A stretch of 64,000 nt of DNA from Candidatus Krumholzibacteriia bacterium (GCA_046484865.1 JAWOID010000061.1:15802-79801), one strand, 5' to 3'. Positions 49,847-59,984 are shown, numbered from the stretch's first letter. Numbers and translations: made by a program. The notes: a model not told the origin generated them from the sequence alone.

Positions 49847-51154
49847 CTACTCCCGCATCCGTTCGATCTCGCGCTCGGCACGTTCCTGCATCCTGCGCGC
49901 GGCCTCGGCCGGCTCGAGCTTGCCGCTCAGGACACCCTGGTAGTACGGACGCATGGCGTCCCAGATGGCGCGCATCTCCGGCACCACCGGCATCAGGCGG
50001 CCCTTCTCGATCTGCCGGCGCGAAGCCTGCTGCAGGGCGTCGTCGGCCACCCGGGGATCGGCACGAGCCGCTAGGTCGGCCGGCAGGGTGCCCAGGGCCA
50101 GCGCCAGGTCGATCTGCACCTGCGTGGAGGTGAGATACCGCAGCAGGGCGACGGTGCACTCGCGAGTCGCCGGGTCCAGATAGCGGTTCACCGAGTAGCA
50201 CTTGGCCGAGGTCATCGGGCTCGGCCACAGTCCCGTCGCGCTCACCCGCGGCAAGGGCGCCAGCTCGATGTCGATGCCCCCCGCGCGATATCCCTCCCAC
50301 GACCACGGGCCGTTGATGATGTAGGCCGCCCGGCCCTCCTTGAAGAGCGTATCGGCCAGCGGATAGTCGCATTCGCGCGGCACCACGCCCGCAACCGTCA
50401 GCTCGCGCATGAAGCTCAGTGCGCAGGTCATGGCCTCGCCGGCGAGGGTCGGCTCGCCCCGATCGTCCATCACCCAGCCGCCGCAGCCGCCCAGCCAGGG
50501 CACGAGCCAGAACGGCTCGATCATGTTGAAGACCAGCCCGTAGCGGTCGGTGCGTCCGTCGCCGTCCAGGTCGCGCGTGACCGCCCGCAGCTGCGCGAGC
50601 CAGGCGTCGGTGTCGGTGGGAATCGAATCCACCAGTGCGCGGTTGGCCACCAGCGTCAGGTGGTTGCCCACCTGGTCGGGCAGGCCGTACACCCGGTCAT
50701 CGAGGACGGGCAGCGCCTCGGGCGCAAAACGCTCCAGTTCGCCCGGCGGCAGGATCTCGTCCATGGGCAAGATCAGGCCCATGATGGCGAAGGGGCCCAC
50801 GTTGTCGGCCGGTCCGTAGACCAGGTTCGGCCCCCCGTAGGCCAGGGCCGCGGTCTGGAACTGGGTGCGCAGGTCCTCGATCCGGTAGTGGCTGCGCGTG
50901 ATCGCGAACCCGTCGAACTCGGGGTGTTCGGCCCGGAAAGCCGCGATGTGGGCGTCGAGCAGGGCCTGCTCGCCGGGATCCATCTGCTCCCAGATCACGA
51001 CCGACGATGCCCGGTCGGCGCGGTCACAGCCGGTGCCGGTCGCCAGCGCGAGGGCGGCGGCCGCCAGCAGCGCGAGCGCGAGGCCGCACCGCACCCGCCG
51101 GTGGCGGGAGAATCGAGAGAGGCGACGGCCTCGACTGCCGGAGGAGCGTTCCAT
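49847..51154 (-). CDS. Maltodextrin-type extracellular solute-binding lipoprotein, MalE-like
   Basis: Lipobox ATGTG-C; GPNLVYGPAD, YGLP, FKEGRAAYIINGPW, MPVVPEMRAIW. Confidence 0.88.
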   Translation of the reverse strand: MERSSGSRGRRLSRFSRHRRVRCGLALALLAAAALALATGTGCDRADRASSVVIWEQMDPGEQALLDAHIAAFRAEHPEFDGFAITRSHYRIEDLRTQFQTAALAYGGPNLVYGPADNVGPFAIMGLILPMDEILPPGELERFAPEALPVLDDRVYGLPDQVGNHLTLVANRALVDSIPTDTDAWLAQLRAVTRDLDGDGRTDRYGLVFNMIEPFWLVPWLGGCGGWVMDDRGEPTLAGEAMTCALSFMRELTVAGVVPRECDYPLADTLFKEGRAAYIINGPWSWEGYRAGGIDIELAPLPRVSATGLWPSPMTSAKCYSVNRYLDPATRECTVALLRYLTSTQVQIDLALALGTLPADLAARADPRVADDALQQASRRQIEKGRLMPVVPEMRAIWDAMRPYYQGVLSGKLEPAEAARRMQERAEREIERMRE

Positions 51155-51162
51155 GGCGCGCT

Positions 51163-51191
51163 ACTGTACACCGGCTGTCTCGCGCGGACAA
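51163..51191 (-). promoter_or_regulatory. Probable sigma70 promoter of the ABC operon (near-leaderless)
   Basis: TTGTCC-N17-TACAGT, 8 nt upstream of ATG 51154, no SD. Confidence 0.45.
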
Positions 51192-51458
51192 CCTGTGCGC
51201 GCTGGGCGATGCGCCCTGGCTCGGCCGTCCTGCGATGCCCCGGGCCCGACCGTCGCGCGATGCGCGCTGGCTCGGTCGTCGCACGCACATTCTTCGCTCC
51301 CCGGCGGTTTTCGTTGCACGCCGCCGACCACGTGCTCTAAGGTACGCCCTGGCCGCACACCCGCGGTCCAGCGAGAGCGGACGGATCTGCCCTCGAGCGC
51401 GCCCGGCCCTGCCCGACGGCGCTGCACCTGCCACGGACTCACCGTTCGAGTCGGGACC

Positions 51459-54400
51459 ATGCCGCTGCCCACATTCGTGAAGCGCAACACCGGCGACGCC
51501 CGCCCGCACGGCCGCGGCCGCGCCCGCGGACACCGCGGAGCCCTGTCCGCCAGCGGCGCCATGCCGCCGCGGGCGCTGCTCGGCATCGCCGTCGTCGCCC
51601 TGCTCCTGCTGGTGGGCACCTCGGCGCACGCCGACCCGCTGCACACCCCGACCATCGACGGCATCATCGCGGGCGACGGCCTGGACTGGTCACCGGCCGA
51701 CCGCGTGATCGACGATCAGGCCGACGACAACACCGGAATCACCGCCAACCTGCGCCGGCTCTGGCTCACCTGGGATGCCGACAACCTCTACGTCGGCATC
51801 ACCTACCAGGATTTCGGAGCCCTCGAGGGGCTGCGGGTGATCCTCGATCTTGACCGCGGGGCCGGCCCCGCCGATCTCAGCCTGCTCGATATGTGGCCGG
51901 TCCCGGCGTTCCTGCCCGACGGCCACGGCGCCGACCTGCTGATCGGCCGCGACGATCCCGAGGACTTCCCCGGCGCCCCCCCGACGGTCCGCCGCGTCGA
52001 CGACGCTTCGGGCGCGACCACCGACATCACCGGCGCCTGCACGGTGGCGCAGGCCTACGACACCGGCGCCGCCCTCGCCACGGCGCGTTTTCCGTTCTGG
52101 ATGAACGCCGAGCTGGCGATCCCCTGGAGCGAGATCTATCCCGGCGGCGGCTCGCCGCCCGCGCGAGCCGTGCTGAAGGCGGTGGCCATGGTCACCCGCG
52201 GCGGCGGCTCCGACGTCACCGACGTGGCGCCGAACAACGACCTGGCGGGCGATCCGCCCTACCACCTCGCCCTGCTGCACGCCTCGATCCTCGATGCGGA
52301 CGGAGACGCCACCATCGACCGCAGCGACGCCGCGATCGCCGGCGAGGTCGTCCTGCCGCAGGACCCCGGCGACGTGCCGCTGATCGTGTCGGCAACCCTG
52401 GTCGACTGGCCCGGCCGCGACCCGGGTGGTGCGCTCTCCCGCACGGTCACCGCGATCGGCGAGCGCAGCTACGCGCTGCCGCGTCTGCCCGCGGGGCGCT
52501 ACGAGGTGACCGCCGGCGCCGAGGGCTACCTGGACGCGACGGCAACGGTCACGGTCGGCCCGGGCGAGCAAGCCACCGCCCCTCTACTCACCCTCGCCCG
52601 CGCCACCGCCATCGCCGGCACGGTCGGATTCGCCTCCGGACCCGGCGCCGCGACCACGATCGTGCTCCGTGATGCGAGCGGCGCCGAACTGGCGCGAAGG
52701 GCCCTTTCCGCCGCCGGCGGGTCCTACCGCGTGTACGTGGCCGAGAGCGGCACCTACATCCTGCGGGTGGAGGCGCCCACCTACCTGCCCCAGGAGCGCT
52801 CGCTCGCGGTGATCGCCGGGGAGGACCTCGCGGGGGTCGACTTCCTGCTCGAGCGGCAGACCGAGATCTCCGGCACGGTCGGCTTCCTGAGCGGGCCGGG
52901 TCGCGCCGGAACGATCGGCCTGCGGACCGGCACCGGCGACCTGGTCGGCAGCGCCGACTTCCCGTTCAACGGCGGTCCCTTCACGTTCTTCGTCGCCGCC
53001 GGCGGCGAGTACGAGCTGAGCGCGAAGGCACCCACCTATCTCGCCGCGGATACCAGCCTGGTGGTGACCCTCGGCAACCCCGTCACCGGCCTCGAGCTCC
53101 TGCTGCCCCGCGCGCCCCTGGTCAGCGGCACGGTCGTGCTCGAGGGTCCGGACGCCGCCGGACAGGTGCGGATCACGGAACTGGCCACCGGGCTCGCCGA
53201 CACAATTTCGGTGGTGGCATCCGGCGCGGTCTTCGCGTTCCATCGCGATCTCGGCGATCACCGCCTGCAGATCGCCGCCACGGGTTACGTCCCCTGGGAC
53301 TCCGTGCTGGCCATCGGCAGTCCCGCCGACGTGCCCCTGGGCGACATCTTCCTGCGCGCGGTCCGCGCCTCCCGCCTGGCGCTGATCGACGGCGAGGGCG
53401 AGGAGATCGCCCGCGTCGACGCCACCGTCTCGTTGCCCGGCCAGGACGTCCTGGCGCCGGTGCGCCTGGCGGCGCGTGACGGCGCCGGACGTGACGACCT
53501 CTACGACCTGGACGGCCGCCTGAACGGCTACCGGGTGCGCGCCACCAAGCTCGATGACGTGTCGCCGCCCACCGGCAGCGTCAGCTTCCACGCCAGCGAG
53601 GACCTGGGCGACACGCTGCGGCAGCTCGATTTCGCCGGCGGGCGCGCGGTCTTCTGGGCGCGCGACGACCAGGTGGAAGTGCTGCGCCTCTGGGTGGAGA
53701 ACGACGGGGAGGCGCCGGACCTGCGGCTGCCGGTGCGGTTCGGCGATCCTCAGCCCGCCACGGTGGTTCTGACCGCGGAACGCGACACGCTGGTCACCGA
53801 CGGCGCCGACGCCGTGGCGATCACCGCCCGGCTCTTCGACTCGGCCGACAATCCGAGCCGGCGCGCGGGCATCCCGGTGGCATTCTCGCTGGCGAGTTCA
53901 TCGTCCGGCACAGGCAGCTTCGAGCTGGCGACGGTCGTCACGAACGCCGACGGCGTGGCCGTGGGCACGCTGACCGCGACCGGGGCGGGCATGCTGCAGA
54001 TCGACGCCACGGTGGTGGTCGACAACCGCACGCTCGCGGTCGCCGCCGGTTCGCTGCACAGCGGCGAGGCGCTGTTGCCGGTGACGGCCGTCGCGGGACC
54101 CACGGCCGCCTGGCGGATCATGCTGCCGACGAATCTGGGCGACCTCGCCTCGCCGGTGGCGGTGACCGCCCAGCTCGTGGACGCCTACGGCAACCCGACC
54201 CGGCGCGCCGGCGAGGCGATCACGTTCTCGGCGACGCCGAGCGCGCTGGGAGCCTGCGCGCCGCCCACCGCCGTGTCCGATGCGGGGGGCCGCGCTGCCA
54301 CGGCGTTCGTGCCCGCCGGGGCCGCCGGTGTCGTGAGGATCTCCGGAGCGAGCGCGGGCCTGCCCGTGGAGGGCGTCTCGCTGCAGCTCCGGGATGTCGT

Positions 54401-57400
54401 CGTCGTCACCGATCCGCCCTGGCATGCCGAGCCCGCCACGCGCCGCACCTTCGCCGCCACCGACCTCACGGCCCTCGTGATCGACAACGACGCCGCCGGG
54501 CTGCGGCTGGAGATCCCGTTCGCCTCCGACTGGAACGGGCTGCAGCTGCACGTCCTGCTGGAGACCCGGTTCGACGCCGCCGGCGCACCGCGCGATCCCT
54601 TCGAGCAACCGGTGACCTACGAGCATGCGCACCGTCCCGATTTCGTGCTGACCTCGAAGTACTCGGCCGACGACTACGGCGACTTCCGGCGCTGGAACGC
54701 CACCGCCCAGGGCTGGGAGTGGTGGAACCTGCAGGACCGGATCTACCAGTCCAGCGGCCAGGACGGCCAGAACCTCCAGGGCGAGTGGGTGCAGAACGGC
54801 GCGGACGCGGTGCGCATCTTCGTGCCCTGGGCACCGCTCGGCGGCCGGCCCGACTCGCTGCGCGCCGAGGTCTACCTGACCCAGGACGACGACGGCATCA
54901 AGCGCGCCGCCTTCGACTCGGCGCCGTCCGACTCGACCCTGAACCTGACCTTCGATCACGAGAACCCCGGACCGGACGACTGGGACGTGGCGCTGGGTCC
55001 CGTGCACCTGGAGGCGTGGAGCGAGGTATACCGGGTGAAGACCGCCTTCGCGACGCCGCCGCAGGTGGCGGCGCCGGCGGCCGAGCCGACGCTGCTCGTT
55101 CCCGGCCAGCCATTCGTGCTCACCGCCGCGGTGACCGACGGGGGCGACGGCGTGGGCGAGGTGCTGGCGGATCTGAGCGCGCTGGGCGGCGATCCGCTGG
55201 CACGCATGTACGACGACGGCGACCCCGGGCACGGCGACCGGACCGCCGGCGACGGGACGTGGTCGCTGAGCACCCGGGTGCCGATGGGAGCTCCGGGCGG
55301 CGAGCGGACGCTCACGGTCAGCGCCTTCGACGCGGCCAACGGCGTGTCGGCGACCGCGGCGGTGATCGTGACCGTGGAGGCGACGGTGGAGCCGATCGTT
55401 CGCGCCACCGATCCGGTGGGCGACGACCACGGACCCAACCAGCCCGGCACCGCGAACAAGTACTACACCTATCCGACCAACAGCGCCTTCGTGCCCGGCG
55501 CCTTCGACCTGACCTCGCTGGACATCTACGAGACCGTGGGGCTGGTCGGGACCCAGATGGTCGAGCTGATCGCCTTCGAGGTGGGCATCGTCGACTTCCC
55601 GGATCCGGACGAACCTGGCACGGCCGACTGGAATCCGCTCTACGCCGACCTCAACATCCAGAAGATCGACATCCTGATCGACAGCGCGCCGGGCGGAGCC
55701 ACCGCCACCCTGCCCAACCGCCAGTGCGCATTCCAGCCCTGGGACGCCTGGGAGTACGCGATCATCATGGACGGCTGGTACAAGGCCGTGGTGCCGGCCC
55801 TGGGCACGAACACGGTCGATGCGTGGCGCAGCAACGCGCTCCGCACCGACAATGCCATCCAGCTCGCGAGCGATCCCCATCGCAACGTGATCACGGCCTT
55901 CGTCAGCAAGGCGGTGCTCGGCAACCCGACCGCGGAGCAGATCCGGTCCTGGGACATCGCCGTCTGCATGTCCAGCCACGATTTCGGCGGCGAGGAGGTG
56001 CTCGGCGGCACCCGCTGGGTGAACGAGTCCCGCAGCGAATGGAACTTCGGCGGCGGGCATTACGAGAATCGCGACCCCAACCTGATCGACCTGCTGCTCG
56101 TTCCGGGCTCGGGACGCAGCCCCGGCCGGCCGCAGGAGCAGATCCTCGATTACGAGAGCCCGGCCGCGCTGCAGCGCCAGCAGGACGGCCTGACGCCCTG
56201 TGCGCTGGAGATCACCGCCTTCGAGGACACCGGCCCGCCCGTGATCACGGTCGACGACCAGGGACGGGCCCTGCCGCTGGTGGAGCCGCTGCGCGATGCG
56301 CCCGTCGTCATCGGCGTCCGCATCGCCGACGACGACCGGGTGGAGCGCGCCGTTTTCCGCTACCGCTCCACCGGCTTCACGGGTCAGGGCTGGGCGGTCG
56401 AGGTGCCGATGGGCTACGCCGGCAACGACCTCTGGAGCGTGGACATCCGGCCCACCTGGCTCGACTCGAACCTCGTCTACTCGCCCGTGGACAGCTCGCG
56501 CTACCTGGAGTTCGAGGTCACCGCGTGGGATCGGCTCGACAAGCAGTCCACCTCTCCGGTGACCACGCTGCAGGTGGCGCTGGCGGCCGACTGCCGCGAC
56601 AGCGTGGGCACCGTTCTGACGGAGGGCGCGACGAGCGTGCGCCAGGTGGACGGCTCGGTCCTGACCATCGACGATCCGCTGCGGCGCCACCTGCTGCAAG
56701 CCCACCTGGACGCCGTGTGGCCCGGCGGCGAGATCACTCCCGACTCGGCCGGGGTCCAGCTGGCCTTCGGCATCTGCACGGTGGACCCGGACGTGCGTGA
56801 CGCGCCCGCGGTGCCGGCCGGCCGCCCGCTGGGGATCTTCCGCGAGATCTACCTGGGCACAGTGGACGCCCTGGGCGGGGTGCGGATGCAGCAGGAGCGC
56901 CTGCCCCGACCGGCGGAACTGAAGCTGCACTACCCGCAGGAATGGCTGCCGGCCGGCGCGGACGAGAACCAGGTGGCGCTCTACGCCTACAACGAGGCCT
57001 CGCATCGCTGGGTGGTCGTGGGCGGACACGTCAGTCCCGCCGGCAACGACGTCACCGCCAACGTCCTGCGCCCGGGCATCTACGGTCTCTTCCACTCCGC
57101 GGAGGTGGAGTACGATGCCGGCGAGGTGCTGTCCGGCGTCCTGCTCACTCCGAATCCGTTCTCGCCCAACGACGACGGGCTCTACGACGAGTGCACCATC
57201 TCGTTCTACCTGAGCCAGGAAGCGACCGTGACCGCCGAGATCTACAACATCGACGGCAAGCGCAAGCGCCTGCTGACGGAGAACTTCTCCTTCAGCGGCG
57301 ACGAGCTGGACGACCGCCGTCCACGGCGCGTCCCCGGTCTGGTCTGGGACGGTCGCGACCACGCGGGCGACCTGGTCCCTTACGGCATCTACGTGGTGCG

Positions 57401-57476
57401 GCTGATCGCCACCTACAACCAGGCCGGCGGCACGCGCACCATCCGCAGCAACCATGCGCTGGCGGTGATCCGATGA
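51459..57476 (+). CDS. Giant secreted multidomain protein: DOMON-like domains, prealbumin/carboxypeptidase-regulatory repeats, Big_1 Ig, glucodextranase-type DOMON, C-terminal sorting domain
   Basis: Signal peptide ending AHA; repeated I.G.V...G...Y.L...A..Y units; TNADGVA/DAYGNP; DPVGDDHGP..YTYPT..FDL; PNPFSPNDDGLYD...WDGRD..G..YG.Y; start 51459 or 51561. Confidence 0.75.
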   Translation: MPLPTFVKRNTGDARPHGRGRARGHRGALSASGAMPPRALLGIAVVALLLLVGTSAHADPLHTPTIDGIIAGDGLDWSPADRVIDDQADDNTGITANLRRLWLTWDADNLYVGITYQDFGALEGLRVILDLDRGAGPADLSLLDMWPVPAFLPDGHGADLLIGRDDPEDFPGAPPTVRRVDDASGATTDITGACTVAQAYDTGAALATARFPFWMNAELAIPWSEIYPGGGSPPARAVLKAVAMVTRGGGSDVTDVAPNNDLAGDPPYHLALLHASILDADGDATIDRSDAAIAGEVVLPQDPGDVPLIVSATLVDWPGRDPGGALSRTVTAIGERSYALPRLPAGRYEVTAGAEGYLDATATVTVGPGEQATAPLLTLARATAIAGTVGFASGPGAATTIVLRDASGAELARRALSAAGGSYRVYVAESGTYILRVEAPTYLPQERSLAVIAGEDLAGVDFLLERQTEISGTVGFLSGPGRAGTIGLRTGTGDLVGSADFPFNGGPFTFFVAAGGEYELSAKAPTYLAADTSLVVTLGNPVTGLELLLPRAPLVSGTVVLEGPDAAGQVRITELATGLADTISVVASGAVFAFHRDLGDHRLQIAATGYVPWDSVLAIGSPADVPLGDIFLRAVRASRLALIDGEGEEIARVDATVSLPGQDVLAPVRLAARDGAGRDDLYDLDGRLNGYRVRATKLDDVSPPTGSVSFHASEDLGDTLRQLDFAGGRAVFWARDDQVEVLRLWVENDGEAPDLRLPVRFGDPQPATVVLTAERDTLVTDGADAVAITARLFDSADNPSRRAGIPVAFSLASSSSGTGSFELATVVTNADGVAVGTLTATGAGMLQIDATVVVDNRTLAVAAGSLHSGEALLPVTAVAGPTAAWRIMLPTNLGDLASPVAVTAQLVDAYGNPTRRAGEAITFSATPSALGACAPPTAVSDAGGRAATAFVPAGAAGVVRISGASAGLPVEGVSLQLRDVVVVTDPPWHAEPATRRTFAATDLTALVIDNDAAGLRLEIPFASDWNGLQLHVLLETRFDAAGAPRDPFEQPVTYEHAHRPDFVLTSKYSADDYGDFRRWNATAQGWEWWNLQDRIYQSSGQDGQNLQGEWVQNGADAVRIFVPWAPLGGRPDSLRAEVYLTQDDDGIKRAAFDSAPSDSTLNLTFDHENPGPDDWDVALGPVHLEAWSEVYRVKTAFATPPQVAAPAAEPTLLVPGQPFVLTAAVTDGGDGVGEVLADLSALGGDPLARMYDDGDPGHGDRTAGDGTWSLSTRVPMGAPGGERTLTVSAFDAANGVSATAAVIVTVEATVEPIVRATDPVGDDHGPNQPGTANKYYTYPTNSAFVPGAFDLTSLDIYETVGLVGTQMVELIAFEVGIVDFPDPDEPGTADWNPLYADLNIQKIDILIDSAPGGATATLPNRQCAFQPWDAWEYAIIMDGWYKAVVPALGTNTVDAWRSNALRTDNAIQLASDPHRNVITAFVSKAVLGNPTAEQIRSWDIAVCMSSHDFGGEEVLGGTRWVNESRSEWNFGGGHYENRDPNLIDLLLVPGSGRSPGRPQEQILDYESPAALQRQQDGLTPCALEITAFEDTGPPVITVDDQGRALPLVEPLRDAPVVIGVRIADDDRVERAVFRYRSTGFTGQGWAVEVPMGYAGNDLWSVDIRPTWLDSNLVYSPVDSSRYLEFEVTAWDRLDKQSTSPVTTLQVALAADCRDSVGTVLTEGATSVRQVDGSVLTIDDPLRRHLLQAHLDAVWPGGEITPDSAGVQLAFGICTVDPDVRDAPAVPAGRPLGIFREIYLGTVDALGGVRMQQERLPRPAELKLHYPQEWLPAGADENQVALYAYNEASHRWVVVGGHVSPAGNDVTANVLRPGIYGLFHSAEVEYDAGEVLSGVLLTPNPFSPNDDGLYDECTISFYLSQEATVTAEIYNIDGKRKRLLTENFSFSGDELDDRRPRRVPGLVWDGRDHAGDLVPYGIYVVRLIATYNQAGGTRTIRSNHALAVIR

Positions 57477-58357
57477 GCCGGCGGTCGCGGTGGACGGCGC
57501 TCCTGCTGGCTCTCGTGCTCCTGCTGGCGGCGGCGGCGCCGGCTCTCGCCGATTTCCGCCACGCGCGCATCGGCGCGCGGCCGAAGGCCCTCGGTTCGGC
57601 GTTCGTCTCGCTCGTCGACGATGCCAACGCCGCCTACTGGAACCCGGCGGGGCTCACGCGCAACGACCGCGTATCGTTCATGGCCACGCGCGCCTGGCTC
57701 TACTCCGTGCCGGAGATCTACGAGGACTACCTGTGCCTCGATCTGAACCGTCTGGGGCCGATCTCGGTGGGAGCGAGCTGGGTGCGTCTGGGCATCGACG
57801 GAATCTACTCCGAGAACACCGTCAACCTGGCGCTGGCCGCTCGTGTGCCTCGATTCGAGCGCCTTTCGGTGGGAGTGGCGGGCAAGCTGTTCTTCCTCGA
57901 GGCGCCCGGCTACGAGCGCTACAACGACCCGAACTACAACGGGGGCGACCACGACATCTCGTTCGACGTGGGACTGCACTACGACGGCGACGGACCCTGG
58001 ACGCTCGGCGCGGTGCTCTACAACGTCACGGAGCCCGAGCTGCAACTGCTGCAGAACACCTCGAAGCCCGACCCGGTCTACACGGAGTGGGCCGCCGGCG
58101 GCAGCTATCTCTTCCGGGACGCGTTGCTGCTGACGGTGGACCTGCGCAACCGCGAAGGCCGCTGGGCCGACACGGTGGCGCACGGCGGCGCGGAGATCTG
58201 GTTCTTCGAAGCCCTGGCGCTGCGCGGCGGCATCGACGAGGGCCTGCTGACGATCGGCGCCGGCCTCCAGGACGTGCACTGGGAGGTCGACTTCTGCCTG
58301 GCGACCCACAAGGAGCTCGGTGACGTCTACATGATCTCGGTCACCGTGAGGAACTGA
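57473..58357 (+). CDS. PorV/PorQ-like (FadL-superfamily) outer-membrane protein
   Basis: Signal peptide, GARPKALGSAFVSLVDDANAAYWNPAGL, beta-strand periodicity, HKELG near C-terminus; ATGA coupling. Confidence 0.82.
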   Translation: MSRRSRWTALLLALVLLLAAAAPALADFRHARIGARPKALGSAFVSLVDDANAAYWNPAGLTRNDRVSFMATRAWLYSVPEIYEDYLCLDLNRLGPISVGASWVRLGIDGIYSENTVNLALAARVPRFERLSVGVAGKLFFLEAPGYERYNDPNYNGGDHDISFDVGLHYDGDGPWTLGAVLYNVTEPELQLLQNTSKPDPVYTEWAAGGSYLFRDALLLTVDLRNREGRWADTVAHGGAEIWFFEALALRGGIDEGLLTIGAGLQDVHWEVDFCLATHKELGDVYMISVTVRN

Positions 58358-58358
58358 C

Positions 58359-59984
58359 GTGCCGATCTGGCGTGCAGCGCTGCCCAGCCTCGTGTTCGTC
58401 GCCGGCCTGATGACGGCGGTCGCCGGCCTCGCCGTCGCCCCGGACGGCGCGCTGGCGGCCTCGACCGAGTTGCGGGGCTACTACGCGGCCGAGATCGCCA
58501 TGGAGATGACCGACCGCAAGTGGCACTTCGGCCCGCCGGGCGACAACGCCATGCCGAGCCACTATGCCGAGCTGCAGTTCTGGGCCTGGCCGTCGGACCG
58601 CTACGAGACCTTCATCAAGATCCGCGCCCTTTCGAACCGCGATGACGACCGCACCCCGGCCGTCGATTTCTACACGCCGCCCTGGCTGGCCGCGGAAGGG
58701 CACCTGAAGCTGCGGGGCGAGTCCTGGGAAGGCTTCATCTTCAGCCGTGAGAGCCGCTTCTACATCAACGACGAGCCGCTGCTCGGCCTGATCAACGACG
58801 GCAAGCTGAAGAACGACGACTGGGGCCCGAAGGCGCAGGGCGTGCGCCTGGACACCTGGGACCGCAACCTGCTCGGCATCCGCAACCTGGGCGGGACGTT
58901 GATCTTCAGCGACAACGGCGGCACCTTCCCGTTCGACGGTCGTGACGTGGCGAACGGCGAGGACTCGTGGATCCTGCGGCTGCGGCACCGGGCCTTCGGC
59001 GGCCGCATCGAATCCGGCTTCATGTTCCTGCGCAAGGACTGGACCGACACTTCCCGCGAGGATTTCGGGTCGCTGCTGGGTCTGATGTACAACAACGTCT
59101 ACTCGCTGGACGTGGCCTTCACGCCGCGCGACATCTTCGCCACCGGCGCCCAGTTCGGACCGGTGAACCTGGAGCAGTCGCGAATCACCTCGCAGGTCGC
59201 CTTCAGCGAGCGGCCCTACCACGAGACCGTCTTCAGCGAACCGCGCAGCCACGCCCGCGCCCTGGCGGTGGAGCTGCGGGAGGTCCACGTCGAGCAGGTG
59301 ACGCTGCACGCCTGGCACAACGACTTCGGCGAGGATTTCCGCAGCTACCTCTCCAGCCGCTTCGACGACGAGCGCCAGTACAACAAGGTACAGAACCACG
59401 TGGAGGCGATCTGGCTGCTGCCGCGCAAGGCGGTCACGACGAAGCTCGTGTACGACTCCCAGCGCAAGCGCGTGGCGGACGAGCCGGGTGGTGGGCGGCG
59501 GCCGTCCGAGGAGTGGTACGGCGAGCTGTACATGGAGTTCGTGAACGGTTTCAAGGCGCGCTTCGCCCACCGGCAGTGGCATGGCTTCGACGAGTCGGCC
59601 GAGATCTTCGACTTCTACACCTATCCCGACTGGTTCGCCGAGATCTCGGTGGAGAACTTCCTGGCCAAGGTCCGCCTGCAGGGCCGCATCCGGGACGCGG
59701 GCACCTTCCGGCAGGTCCGGGCCCTGGGTTTCGACATGAACGTCAACCTGACCGACCGGGTGAAGGGCTACTTCCGGGCGATGAACGTGGACGAGCACAC
59801 CGAGGCGCGCCACACGATCTTCGCCCAGCTGAAGTACGAACTGGGCGGGGGAGCCGAACTGTACTTCGAGTACGGCGATCCCGGACAGTCGGACAACCTG
59901 GTACGCACCGACTGGTTCGTGAACGAGGGCAACGGCGACAACCTGCGCGACCGGCTCAAGCTGCTGGTCAGGGCGTGGTTCTGA
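58359..59984 (+). CDS. Putative outer-membrane beta-barrel protein, family not recognised
   Basis: Signal peptide, aromatic-rich amphipathic strands, terminal LKLLVRAWF (BAM-type terminal Phe). Confidence 0.7.
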   Translation: MPIWRAALPSLVFVAGLMTAVAGLAVAPDGALAASTELRGYYAAEIAMEMTDRKWHFGPPGDNAMPSHYAELQFWAWPSDRYETFIKIRALSNRDDDRTPAVDFYTPPWLAAEGHLKLRGESWEGFIFSRESRFYINDEPLLGLINDGKLKNDDWGPKAQGVRLDTWDRNLLGIRNLGGTLIFSDNGGTFPFDGRDVANGEDSWILRLRHRAFGGRIESGFMFLRKDWTDTSREDFGSLLGLMYNNVYSLDVAFTPRDIFATGAQFGPVNLEQSRITSQVAFSERPYHETVFSEPRSHARALAVELREVHVEQVTLHAWHNDFGEDFRSYLSSRFDDERQYNKVQNHVEAIWLLPRKAVTTKLVYDSQRKRVADEPGGGRRPSEEWYGELYMEFVNGFKARFAHRQWHGFDESAEIFDFYTYPDWFAEISVENFLAKVRLQGRIRDAGTFRQVRALGFDMNVNLTDRVKGYFRAMNVDEHTEARHTIFAQLKYELGGGAELYFEYGDPGQSDNLVRTDWFVNEGNGDNLRDRLKLLVRAWF

